Assembly: GCF_006345805.1 (NCBI RefSeq) | Contig: NW_021834446.1 | Coordinates: 1-50,265 of the forward strand | Reading direction: 5' to 3' | DNA from: Octopus sinensis | Lineage: Eukaryota | Length of the DNA: 50,265 bases | Shown: one piece after another, positions 37,996 to 50,265 of the stretch | Layout: every line of letters begins with the position of its first letter | How positions within the stretch are numbered: position 1 is the first letter of the stretch | Notes under the pieces: model-generated | Told to the model about the DNA's origin: nothing | The model's input: only the letters and a program-made list of their open reading frames with translations | Database searches by the model: none | Program-made: the position numbers and the translations under genes

Positions 37996-38366
37996 CCCCC
38001 ACATAATGAGCAGGAAAAGATGCATACCGCAGAGGTCGTAGCTGTAGACTTGATAACGGAGGTATCTACGTCACCAAAATATTTTTAAACCAAAGGAGAC
38101 ACCTCTCACTTCTGTATCTCTTAGCTTTTCTTAAGGTACCTAAGAAAACCAGGTCATACAAGAAGAGAGATAGATAGATAGAGAGAGAGAGAAAGAGGGG
38201 AGGAGGAGAGGGAGAGAGAGAAAGAAAATAGAAAGAAATGGTGAAAGAGAGATAGAGAGAAGGAAATTGACTTTTAATTTCATTGGATTAGATGACACTA
38301 CATATTTGGTAAAAAAGTTACCAAATATGGCAAAGAAAGGATTTTTCTGTTATTATTGAAATCATA

Positions 38367-38582
38367 AAGGCGGCGAGCTGGCAAAATCGTCAGTACTCTG
38401 GACGAAATGCTAAGCAGTATTTCGCCCATACGTTCTGAGTTCAAATTCCGCCGGGGTCAACTTTGCCTTTCATTCTTTCGTGGTCGATGAAATAAGTACC
38501 AGTGAAACACTGGGTTCGATCTGATCGATTAGTCCTCATCTCCGAATTTCAGGCCTTGTGCCTATTGCAGAAAGGATTATTT
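38367..38582 (+). mobile_element. Family B SINE, full length
   Basis: aaggcggcgagctggcaaaatcg...gagttcaaattccgccggggtcaactttgcc...gcagaaaggattatt. Confidence 0.9.
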
Positions 38583-38776
38583 AAAGCGGCGCAGCAATAA
38601 TCTCGAAATGGTTAATTTTTTTTCTAACAATGCTACAAGGCCAGAAATTCGAGCGGGGTGGCAGGATTCGAACTCAAAACATAAACAACCAGAATAATTA
38701 TCGCAAGACATTTCCTAAAAAGATCTTATGATTTTGCCAATCTACGGCCCTGTTAATAATATATACTACTGAATTT

Positions 38777-38955
38777 ATTTACATTATTTACATTTGACAG
38801 ATATTTGTCCTCATCTTGTTTGTTGTTTACACAACGTTTCGGCTGATATACTGTCCAGCCTTCATCAAGTGTCTTGGGGAAATTTGGAACCTGGGTTCTC
38901 ATTCCTAAGGTATTTTTCGATGTTGTTGTTGTTGTTATTATTATTATTATTATTA

Positions 38956-38986
<31 letters not shown>

Positions 38987-39124
38987 AATATAATAATATA
39001 ATAATAATAATAATAATAATAATATTTAAGTCACTGCCTGGAATCGAACTCGGAATCTTGGGGTTAGTAGCCCGCGCGCACTCTTAACCACTACATAATT
39101 CCTCATCTCTTAAATGTAGAACGG
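38777..39124 (-). mobile_element. Family E copy 4, with an inverted 3' tail and a 10-bp direct repeat
   Basis: Hammerhead gacac-TTGATGA-a-ggctg..cagcc-GAAACGTT-gtgt (38828-38873). Plus-strand tail ataattcctcatctcttaaatgtagaac at 39095-39122. tactgaattt at 38767-38776 and 39125-39134. Confidence 0.9.
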
Positions 39125-39503
39125 TACTGAATTTGTATAATAGTTTGCATTAGACTAATATCTTAGCAATAATGATTTAACCAGTGAATGAAGGATACTC
39201 TTTGTGTGACTTGACCGGCAAAAAATCGAGAAAAAAACGAAACTCACGATAGCTGTGTGGGGATCGGCATGTCAAAGAATAGACCCAACGTTACCGTTGC
39301 ATGTCGTCATAAGTGACTAAAAGTAGTTGAGGTAAGATTTGCACTCCGACTTCGTAGAACTTTCGTAGCAGCTCCGACTACCTGAACAGATCCATGAGCC
39401 GGAAGGATGTCACCTGAGTGGTGTAAAGGTGTCGCTTGCCAGCAGGTGTACTAGGGAATCACCAACAAATAGTGTATGCAGCGACTTGCTGTAACAGCGC
39501 ATT

Positions 39504-39539
<36 letters not shown>

Positions 39540-40363
39540 GCAGCCAAATCTCCTTCAAATCACAAGCTTGATATTTTTTTTAAAATAGGGAGAACATAGC
39601 TGACTTTGCACCTTTAGATATATAGTGTCTATGTAGAAGAAAGAATTGCTGCGGTTAGATTGTCTTTGAGGATAGGCCTGGTGTCCGGAGAATAGTTCTA
39701 GGTCTGGGACTAATTGAGACTTATACAATTACAACGATCACCACCACTACCGCCGCCGCCACCACCACCACACCTGCTGCCAAAGCCACCATCACGACAA
39801 CCACAACCGTCACCACGACCTACACCACCACAACAACAATAGCAATAACATCAACAACATACGTTCATTTAGAATCTTCGATAAAATATCCGATTTCACC
39901 AATGAAGAATTAAGTTAAGAACTAAAGAAACGAACATAGTTTTCTTCTCCCAACCAAATATATTTATATTTCTTTTTATTGACGCTTAAGTTATCCACTC
40001 CAAATTCTAACCTATAAACGTTTACGTAAAAAAAGAACAAAAACAAAACAAAACAAAACAAATGCAAAAACCGCTATATTTATAAGTGCCGTTACTTTAA
40101 CGATCGGCCATGTTTTTTTCACTATTAAAAACCAAAAGTAGATTTAACCTGCGAAAAATCTGAATTTTGAAAATATTTACTCTTTCCCGCATATATTTCA
40201 ACTCTGCATCTATTTACATATCTCTAAATAAGAGTATTTAGATAACCATTCATTTATCCCGCATTACCTATCTTTTTATCGATATATCGATGCATTTATC
40301 CATATCTATCTTCTCGATAATTCAAGCATCCATTATCAAAACAAATCTACACACATAAGCCCA

Positions 40364-40409
<46 letters not shown>

Positions 40410-40699
40410 GTACACACGAAGATTTCTCTGCTTATTAAATATTCACTATCCATCGACTTTGTTGAGCGTGCGCGCATGTGTGTATATGTGTGTATGTTTG
40501 TATATATGTTTATACGTATGTATGTTTATTTATCTATTGGCCAAACACTTGCTTACCGTTTTTACTTATTAGCATACACACGTACATAGTCATGCCATAC
40601 TCAGCTTCACATCTTTGCACCTACTTTGCACCTATATATATTTATATATATATATATATATATATATTTAGCTATCCATCTAACATTCGGTAAGTTATG

Positions 40700-40704
40700 A
40701 AAAG

Positions 40705-40740
<36 letters not shown>

Positions 40741-40837
40741 TAATAATAGTAATATAATAATAATAATAATAGTAATATAATAATAATAATAATAGTAATA
40801 ATAATAATAGTAATAATATAATAATAATAATAATATA

Positions 40838-40878
<41 letters not shown>

Positions 40879-41075
40879 GATAATAATAATATGAAAAAGA
40901 AGAAGAAGAAGAAGAAGAAGAAGAAGAAGAAGGAAGAAGAAGAAGAAGAAGAAGAAGAAGAAGAAGAAGAAGAAGAAGAAGAAGAAGAAGACGAAGACGA
41001 AGACGAAGAAGAAGAAGAAGAAGAAGAAGAAGAAGAAGATGAAGAAGAAGAAGAGGAAGATGAAGAAGAAATATG
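40700..41075. repeat. (AAT)n followed by a long (GAA)n polypurine tract
   Basis: Seen directly. Confidence 0.97.
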
Positions 41076-41794
41076 AAATAAAATATAGCGTGAAAGACAA
41101 AACAACAAAATTTACCATGAACAAAATAATGCGGAATAAACCGGTTATAAAGCAGGCAACTTAAACCGAACATAAATAAACACTTGTAGTCCCAAACGTA
41201 ACCTTACACAAGCAAAATAATTGTAGAATCTAATCTAATTTCTTTCGGGGCAAGTAAAGACCATAACATTTACAGGGCAGCGAGATTTCAACATCGCCTT
41301 GTTAAAAAAAATAAGAATAGAAATATAAATAGTTTAAAAAAAAAAAGCAACACAAAAACCAAAGAAGAATCACATACACACACAGATACACAGACACACA
41401 TACACACACATGCACACAAAGAAGCAACGATGAGTATTTGGGGACTTTCTATAGAATATAGCCTGCAGGAGATACAAGAAGAAAAAAAATAAACAAAGCA
41501 AATTATATAAAAGTTAAATAGAAAAGACGTGAATCATTATGTTGAACTGGATAATTCCAGCAAGTAATTCTTGCTACCAGTTATATTTCGCGAAAATTAA
41601 AGAGAATTCGGCAATTGTTTTTTTTTATTTCATTTTTAAAAAAAAATATTTTCTTATTGTTATTATTATTATTATTATTATTATTGTTAAGAATATTTTT
41701 TTGTTATTTTAATATTAGATATTTAAAACAAAAATTTTTTTCTTACGTAAATTTTTGTTGGAAACTTTTTCGTTTTTAAAGTTGTCTCTGCGTT

Positions 41795-42110
41795 AATATT
41801 GGTTTCAAGTTTTTGCACAAGGCCAGCAAGTTCGCAGGGTGGGAAGGGGGTAAGTCAATTACGTTGACCTCCCTCCCCCCCTCAGTACATGACTGGTACT
41901 TATTTTATCGACTCCGAAAAGGAGGATGAAAAAGGGAAAGTTGACCTCAGCAGCATTTGAACTCAGACTAAAGACGGACAAAATGCCACCAAGCATTTTG
42001 CCCGGCGTGCTAACGATTCATATTTCTTTATTCCCTACAAGGGGCTAAACATAGAGGGGACAAACAAGGACAGACAAACGGATTAAGTTGATTACATCGA
42101 TTAAGTTGAT
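41795..42110 (-). mobile_element. Family B SINE (41795-42019) plus a 3' fragment of the alternative-tail subfamily (42021-42110)
   Basis: tactggtacttattttatcgac...atttgaactcaga...cccggcgtgctaacg and atttctttattccctacaaggggctaaac. Confidence 0.83.
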
Positions 42111-42410
42111 TACCACTCGAGCATTAGAGTCAATGTGATCGACTCATCCCCTTCTCTGAACTTGTTGCTCTTGTGCCAAAAATTTATATGAATATGATGA
42201 AGATGATGGTGATGATGATGATGATGACCATATCTTCGTTGGATGCAAGATCTCACGTATACTAAATAAACTACAACTGCAAAATGTATTTACAAATGAT
42301 GAGGTGACGTGCATTAAAAGAATGAACGGTGGAGGGGTGAAGGGTGGAACAGAGAAAATAATACAGTATAAATCACGTTTGAAATTTGTTTCACGAAACA
42401 AATACAAATA

Positions 42411-42645
42411 CAGCAATCCCTCGACTATCGCGGGTGTTATGTTTCAAAACCTCCCACAGAAATAATTAAAATCTAGAAAAATATAAATACCTATCGGCTG
42501 CAGAAATCCGGATATACTGAGGAGTCCACGATATAAACTTACATATATTAGCCAGAAAAATCCGCGATGTACTGAGTGCACGTTGGGTCAACCGCGATGT
42601 ACTGAGTGCGTGATAGATGAACCGCGATATGGCGAAGGATTACTG
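42411..42645. mobile_element. Tigger/pogo-like MITE
   Basis: TA|cagcaatccctcgactatcgcgg ... ccgcgatatggcgaaggattactg|TA; internal duplication ccgcgatgtactgagtgc. Confidence 0.85.
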
Positions 42646-43019
42646 TAAATTAAATCAGATGCATAGGGTGGGGGGAAGAAGGCGCCATCTAGGTATAGTC
42701 AGCACCTCCAACATGATGGTCATCTTCTGCTTCGATCTCTTACAGAGAATTCGGTGTTCCGAAAATGCTCTGGGCATTTTTCGGTCTTAGCTAAATCGTT
42801 AAGAACCCTGAGTCATTTGGTCCATTATCTCTCACCTAAAAGATCACAATATCTTATTCGTCCTCTTTTAGGATCAGTATTAAATCAAGTAGGCTGGGTC
42901 TCTCTCTTTGAATATATATATATATATATATAAATATAATATAATATATATATATTATATATATATATATATATACACAATATATATATATATATCTATA
43001 TATACACACACACAAATAC

Positions 43020-43165
43020 ATACGACCGGTTTCTTTAATTTTCATTTGTAAAATGCATTCACAAGTCTTTGTCTGTCCCAAGAAGACATTTGCCCAACGT
43101 GTGGCTCAGTGGGGGACTGAACACAGAACCAAGTTGTTAGGATGCAAGCATCTTATCGCACAAAC
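43020..43165 (-). mobile_element. Family A SINE, 5' fragment, diverged
   Basis: agaagacatttgcccaacg...cagtgggggactgaac..gaacca is the reverse complement of the family A head. Confidence 0.7.
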
Positions 43166-43454
43166 ACATAAAGACAAGGTAGTTATACAATTATATACAT
43201 GCTGACATACTTTCGTACACAAATACGTTTATTGCTGATCTTTCGTGATTTCATTATAAATTCTTCGTCCTAAAAACAGTAGTTAATCTCTTTAATGAAT
43301 ATTATGTCTTGTCTACAGAAAATTGGTATTAGAAGCTTAAAAATATTGCTTGAGGAAATTTTGTTCCAGACGAGACTTGAGCTGTTGTGGCAGGCTAAGC
43401 AAGAAATTTTACGATCTTCGCATGTGTGACTGTGTGTGAGCATATGAGAGGGTT

Positions 43455-43549
43455 TAGGCGTACGTACTACGTAGTACGTATGTATGTATATACGTATGTA
43501 TGTACGTACGTACGTACGTACGTACCTACGTACCTACCTACCTACCTAC

Positions 43550-43643
<94 letters not shown>

Positions 43644-43747
43644 ATTTATCTATCTATAAAAACAGTTATACATACATATATATGGAGATATACGTAGTAT
43701 ATATTTAATATTTAAATATGCAAGTACGTTAATAATAATTAGGTAGC

Positions 43748-43790
<43 letters not shown>

Positions 43791-43814
43791 CATCTATCCA
43801 TCTATCTATATCTC

Positions 43815-43887
<73 letters not shown>

Positions 43888-43890
43888 ATA
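43455..43890. repeat. (TACG)n-(TACC)n-(TATC)n graded microsatellite plus a second (TATC)n block
   Basis: Seen directly. Confidence 0.93.
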
Positions 43891-44115
43891 CATATATCTT
43901 CATGTATATATCCACATTTCTGTTTATACAAATTTCCATGGATATGATTGTATGTGTGTATGTCTATGCTCCGTAGCTGCTCCAGAAAGCGTTTGATTAA
44001 TCCTACATCTTTCCATTAATGTACCAATTTCTTACAATATATTGATGTAGATTTAAGTAGTAAATACACCTCGGCATTACATATACATTCTTATGTACTT
44101 ATACATACATACATA

Positions 44116-44149
<34 letters not shown>

Positions 44150-44398
44150 ACATTATTGCAGTGGCATTACTTCTGTGTATGCATATACTATGCAGCTATC
44201 CATACACTTATCTAAATAAACACATATACTTTATGTAGATATTGATATACGTGCATGCAAATCGGCCTATCTAGGAACCTACCCATTCGTGCATATCAAC
44301 TAAATACGCACAACCCACGTGTAGCCGTGCATGCATAATCACGGACACGCACCCTTGTGTATATATATATATATATATATATACATATGTGTGTGTGC

Positions 44399-44434
<36 letters not shown>

Positions 44435-45602
44435 GGTGTGTGTGTGTGTATTTATATATGTATATATATATATATGTATATGTATATACACACATGTATA
44501 TGCATTAATTTCTACGGATATATATTGTTACAAATGCTGACGTATAAATCTGATGCACTGATTCATTTAGTTATGTATTTTTATGCTTATAAATAAATTT
44601 ATATTTATATCGGTCTGCAAAATGCTAGCCAGAAGATATATGCACTCATTACGACATACGATAAATGCACTCATTGCAATATATTATTGCGACGTACATC
44701 ACAGATATAATGAAATACCGAATCTTCAGTTACTGGCCCACAATTTCTTTGTCTTATATAATATGAAGCTTGAAAGTTATGCGTGTGGAAATCCCTGGAT
44801 AAACTGGAACATCATAGACAACGACAGTATGTTTAAAGAATGGGGTACCAGATGTAATACCTGTATTACTAAGAAATTATATGTAACTTTCATAACGACC
44901 ATTTTGCTTACACAAACAACAGCCTAAAACAAGAAATTTCAGAGAGTACTTCTTATGGAGCTCATCGCCTTTGCAGCCAAGAGAAATTTAATTTATAACA
45001 AATATAACGTTAGTATATCTAATATGCATAATGAAAATGTATTTTTGTTATCCGATCCCTTAATTGATAACCGTGCCCATATATAACATGCATACGAAAC
45101 ATTATATGATTTCTGAAATATATTTTCCTGAACTTGCAACATTATGATTTTATATGCTTTTAAAACTTTTGCAAACCCCATACAATAAGCAGTATGCATA
45201 TGAACATACACCACAAAAGTGCTAACGTATAACGCATATTGTGAACGTCTTTTGAAGGGTACGTGCGAATGTATTCGTATAGTTAGTACACTGTGTTGAA
45301 TGCAAAATCCAAGGGTAGCCACTTAATTCTCACCTACACACACAAAAACATTGGTTCAATACTAGGGAAGTAAGAAAACACTACAAGAGTTGCCTCTCCT
45401 TATCCGTTTATGTAATATCCCATACCACATCGACAAGCAACGTTTGAAGTCCCACAGACATTCGTGTAATCTCACGTACCCGCATTCAACAAGCGATTTT
45501 TGGAATGAAACCTTTGTCAGCATTGTTAATCCATAATTAAAAAATAAATTTAACCACGTAAAGCGGTGTTGAGCACCCACATATATATGTGTGTGTATGT
45601 GA

Positions 45603-45641
<39 letters not shown>

Positions 45642-46643
45642 TGCGCGTGTACAATTATACGAGCTATTTCAGAGATTTCTAAATGGTTGCAGACACTGGA
45701 GACAGATGTGTTAAAAATGCATCATGTCTTTTAATAAAATGGAAGAGCATATTAGATAATTTAGTTCTTAAAAACAAGACTGACACAAACAAAAATAGAT
45801 ACAGTTATGGATACAAGATTTATGATTGAGGGAATCAGGGTTTTTCTGGGGACACAAGACGACAAGAACAGATAGAACAATGGCACACATTTTCTGAGAG
45901 TTTTTTAACCATGACAATACAGGCTGATGACTTAATAATTCTTCTAAAGAATGAGACTTTACGTCGTTGCGAAGTCAACTTGAAATAATAGCAAAACTTT
46001 TTTCAAATCTCGCACTAGTGACACTGGGTGATACTGTAATACGAGACGATGTTTGAGAAAATATAAAGATCCGTATGTTTCATAGTTGGAACAACTCTGA
46101 CCCCGGGTTGATTACGATTGACCGTGGCGTCGAGGAAGATGAACAACAGCAAGAGCAATAGCAACAAGACCAAAAAGAAGAAGAACAATGAGAAAAAGAA
46201 GAGGAAAATGAGAAGGACAATGAAAAGTACTAGAAGAAGAACAACAACAACAACAGCAACAGTAACAACCATAATAGAAGTGGCAGTGGCAATGGTAACC
46301 ATTCCATTATGATCAGCAAGAGTACCATTCAGAGTTTTTTAAACGGTTCGCGTCCCATATCGGACCCCGAATGTTAAGCTATAGAAAAGAAATACAAATG
46401 GTGCGTGGTTGTTGATGGTGACATTTTGGTATCTGTTTAAGGGTTTCACTTCTGAACCCTCACATTATTTTCCTCGTTGAATATTTACAGCTTAGTTTTT
46501 ATATTCTTTTTTTATTAGAGAGGCACAAATACGCACATTCGGAGACACCAACACGCATCCATATATACACACACAAAAGTTAGTACATACAATAACGTAC
46601 TCTAACACACACAAACATTTGTGTATGTGATGGTATATGTATA

Positions 46644-46712
<69 letters not shown>

Positions 46713-46739
46713 CTGAGAGAGAGAGAGAGAACGGATATC

Positions 46740-46773
<34 letters not shown>

Positions 46774-47299
46774 GTTTGTATATGTATACACACATCATAT
46801 ATGTATATTACATATGCATAATATATATGGGTATGTATTTGTATGCAAGTGTATGTATATGTAAAGGTATGTGTGTGTACAAACACAATCATACAGGCAC
46901 ACACACACACTTGCACACATGTGCACAGGAACGTACCGATTTGCTTGGCAGCAAAATAGCAGGGTATTAGCGAAAACTCTTGAAGCAATTAAATCCAACG
47001 AATGCTTATTAAAATAATTGGGGGAGACTGGAGGAATAAAAGAGAACAAAAAAAGCCCAACAATAGCAGCAACAACAACAACAAAAACAACAAAGCAATA
47101 ACAGAAACAAAAGCAATAAGACAGCAACAACAAGAACAACAACAGAAACAACAACTACGACGACAACAGCAGCAACAACAACAAGGTTACCTAATAAGGA
47201 GAAGTGGGTAAATGCATACCGTAAAAGAAACTGCATTGACGACGAGAAAAACGATAATTATACTGATAATGATAATGCGACCTCAGCGATATCGGCAGT

Positions 47300-47508
47300 G
47301 GCGATGACGATGATGACGATGATGATGATGATGATGATGATGATGATAGTGATGATGGTGATGATGATGATGATGATAATGATGATGAAGATGATGTTGG
47401 TGATGACGATGATGATGATGAAGATGATGATGATGATGATGATGAGGGGTTAGGAGCAGAAGGAGGACGATGACAATTTTGACGATGAAGGTTTTGACGA
47501 TGGTGATT

Positions 47509-47543
<35 letters not shown>

Positions 47544-48010
47544 AATGATGATGAGGAGGAGGATGACAATGACGATGACGATGATTATGATGATTGCAAT
47601 GGTGATATGATGGTTACGATAACAGTAATGATGATGTCGATGATGATGATGATGATGTAATCATCGATGACTATGATGACGTCGACGATGATGGTGATAA
47701 GCTGATGATGATGATGATAACGACGACGTCGATGACAACGACGTCGATGACAACGACGTCGATGACAACGACGACGTCGATGACAACGACGACGTCGATG
47801 ACAACGACGTCGATGACAACGACGACGTCGATGACAACGACGACGTCGATGACAACGACGACGTCGATGACAACGACGACGTCGATGACAACGACCATGA
47901 TGATGACGACGACGATGACGTCGATGATGATGATAATTATGATGATGATTGCAATGGCTATACGATGATGATGATGGTGGTGATGATGGTGATGATGATG
48001 ATGACGACAA
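47300..48010. repeat. Degenerate (GAT)n field with a CpG-rich 15/18-bp minisatellite at 47713-47896
   Basis: Units gatgacaacgacgacgtc (18 bp) and gatgacaacgacgtc (15 bp), 10 full units. Confidence 0.95.
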
Positions 48011-48211
48011 CGTCGAAGACGAAGATTATGATTGTTAGAGTTTGGAGAGAAAAAGGCGGTAAACGATATCTGTACTATTGCAGTGGCGGTGAAAAAGATG
48101 GTAGTGGTGATGACGGCTCCGTTGGTGGTATCGACTTGTGTGCTGCTGCTGCTGCTGCACCTACTGAAGAACAAGAAGAGAGCGGCGGCGGTGGTGGCGG
48201 TGGTGGCGGTG

Positions 48212-48243
<32 letters not shown>

Positions 48244-49148
48244 GGTGTTAGCGGCGGTGGTTGCACGGTGGAAACTGTAATTTGTTCGTCGGATTCGAAT
48301 ATCTTTTGGAATAAGACGTAAGTTAATTTGTTACCCCACGGGCTGTCAAGTGTTAATTTGGAGCAGTATATTATCCGTCGCTGCCTTTCTCCCCCATATC
48401 TCTTCACGACCACCGCTGCCACCCAACCCATCATCATCATCATCATCATCATCACCATTATCATCATCATCATCATCATCATTATCTTTATCATCGTCGT
48501 CACCATCATCATCATCGTCGTCATCATCATAGTCACCACATCGTCATTTAGGAAATGAAGCATTATTTTTACAACAACACGCACGTGTATATGTAACGAC
48601 GCATACAAAAACGTGCACACAAGCACACAGACACGCATGCGTGCATATGCACACATCGATGTGCGCGCATGCACTCACACACTCACATTGAACATAGATA
48701 AACGCATGCGCATCCAGACCTCAAAACAAATACACCTCCCAACCTACAAGCACATGGTTATACACACTCATTGTTACAATCTCATATTTACAAACATACT
48801 CAGAAAGAGTAGTGTATTTAACACACATATTTACACACGCGCGAACAAACACATATCTCGATAGCTGAACATATACAACAGCGCAGAAACTTATACACAC
48901 ATGCAGACGCATATGCGCACACCTATTGACTCCTAACTAACAAAATATTAATAGTGTTACGTTATTTCATAGGTATCATAACAATACGTATATATATATA
49001 TATATATATACACCCATATATATATATTTGAGATACACACATACATGCACGCAATCACAGGAGTACATGTATTCACATGCGTTGTATAAGCATATACAGT
49101 TTCAGATATTCTCAATATAGTATACTATGTACATGTGAAGATATATTT

Positions 49149-49190
<42 letters not shown>

Positions 49191-49327
49191 GCACATATAT
49201 ACAAATACGCAGTCGAGATTATACAAATATGCATGTATGAGTATGAATGCATATGCACATTTATATCTGTCTGTCTCTCTGTCTGTCTCTCTGTCTCTCT
49301 CTGTCTCTCTCTTTCTCTCTCTCTCTC

Positions 49328-49359
<32 letters not shown>

Positions 49360-49499
49360 CGTATATACATAGTCACATATACAATACAAATAGGCTACCT
49401 CACATTCGGTCTCTGTCTTTCTCTCTCTGTCTCTCTCTGACACCCACACACCAATACATACATACATACTTACATCCATACATAGACACAAACTATATA

Positions 49500-49521
49500 T
49501 ATATATATGCATTTATAAATG

Positions 49522-49590
<69 letters not shown>

Positions 49591-49650
49591 TATATATATA
49601 TATATATTATATATATATATATATTATATATATATATATATATATTATAT
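49500..49650. repeat. Interrupted (TA)n microsatellite
   Basis: Seen directly. Confidence 0.95.
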
Positions 49651-50019
49651 GCGTGTATATATACATGTATATATGTCTATGTGCATACGTGTAATCGTTG
49701 ACGGTTAAATCAATATATTTAGCCTCACACCAATGAAGATAATATGTCGAGATCTTTTTAACTAATTGTGAAATTGTATGAAGAAAAGATGCCAGAGGTC
49801 TGAGAAAGAATTAAAAATACACAAATCATGATTGCTTTCTATCAGTCTTCCTATTATCTGTGATTGAGGGGTGGGAGGAGCTGATTGTAAGCGTTCGCGC
49901 CGCCATTCCTTTGCAATCCTGTTCTATTCCCCATTGCTTATAATACAATGAATGAATGAATAAATAAATAAATAAATAAATAGCAATAAAGAAAAACGGC
50001 CAGTGAGGTAGCTTCTCTT

Positions 50020-50220
50020 CGGTCCTACGGTATGCTAGAAATAGAAGTCACTTATACATCATGTTATATACTATTGTCTTAGGAAAGTATATGTTGTTGA
50101 ATTACACGTTTTTGGTGCAGTGCACCTTGCCTATAAGTAACATACGGGATGGTCACAGATGGAAAGGAATATTTCCTTACGTCTGCTCGATGAGAACTGG
50201 TTTGGGACTAAACAACAAGA
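50020..50220 (-). mobile_element. Family G dispersed repeat, minus strand
   Basis: The reverse complement reads ttgtttagtcccaaaccag..atcgagcagac...gtgaccatcccgt and ...tatttctagcatacc. Confidence 0.5.
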
Positions 50221-50265
50221 AGAGCGTCGAAAATATGATGGACGCTTCAGGCAACAACGTGCGAT

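Noticed and set aside
39270-39340. ttaccgttgcatgtcgtcataagtgactaaaag, resembling a SINE 3' motif seen in other invertebrates
   Set aside because: Single short degenerate match with no head or second copy in the window.
42741-42890. Candidate exon after the strong acceptor tcttctgcttcgatctcttacag
   Set aside because: Two frames stop quickly, and the third gives an unrecognised peptide with a weak donor.
44583-45322. ORFs 44583-44927(+) and 44993-45322(-) in non-repetitive DNA
   Set aside because: No recognisable domain, non-ATG or weak starts, and no splice support.
47240-48321. Apparent poly-Asp acidic protein and the 47965-48321 ORF
   Set aside because: The Asp frame is broken by stops and shifts; this is a degenerate GAT/GGT field like others in the window.

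Overview
This is a gene-poor, highly repetitive eukaryotic window. The SINE families and the very dense (TA)n, (TATC)n, (TATG)n, (AAT)n and (GAT)n microsatellites point to an octopus or other coleoid cephalopod genome; that is an inference, not a database result. I recognise no host protein-coding gene, and almost every ORF in the track is a translated microsatellite. The supportable content is: (i) two 5'-truncated, decayed R4/Dong-type non-LTR retrotransposons (RT + CCHC + PD-(D/E)xK endonuclease), both embedded in TAA arrays; (ii) about 25 copies or fragments of at least four tRNA-headed SINE families; (iii) two fold-back mariner MITEs, a Tigger/pogo-like MITE and a Helentron-type HINE; (iv) several local duplications and palindromes. 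The best candidate for an undescribed system is a tRNA-headed (Pol III) element present in four copies. It carries an internal (AAT)n tract and a minimal type I hammerhead ribozyme of the Penelope type, and it shows the inverted-arm-plus-tail structure of Penelope-like elements. It looks like a SINE mobilised by a Penelope-like retroelement. A second, unrelated hammerhead-like module lies at about 2.25 kb. Coordinates were counted by eye, and edges of degenerate repeats are approximate.
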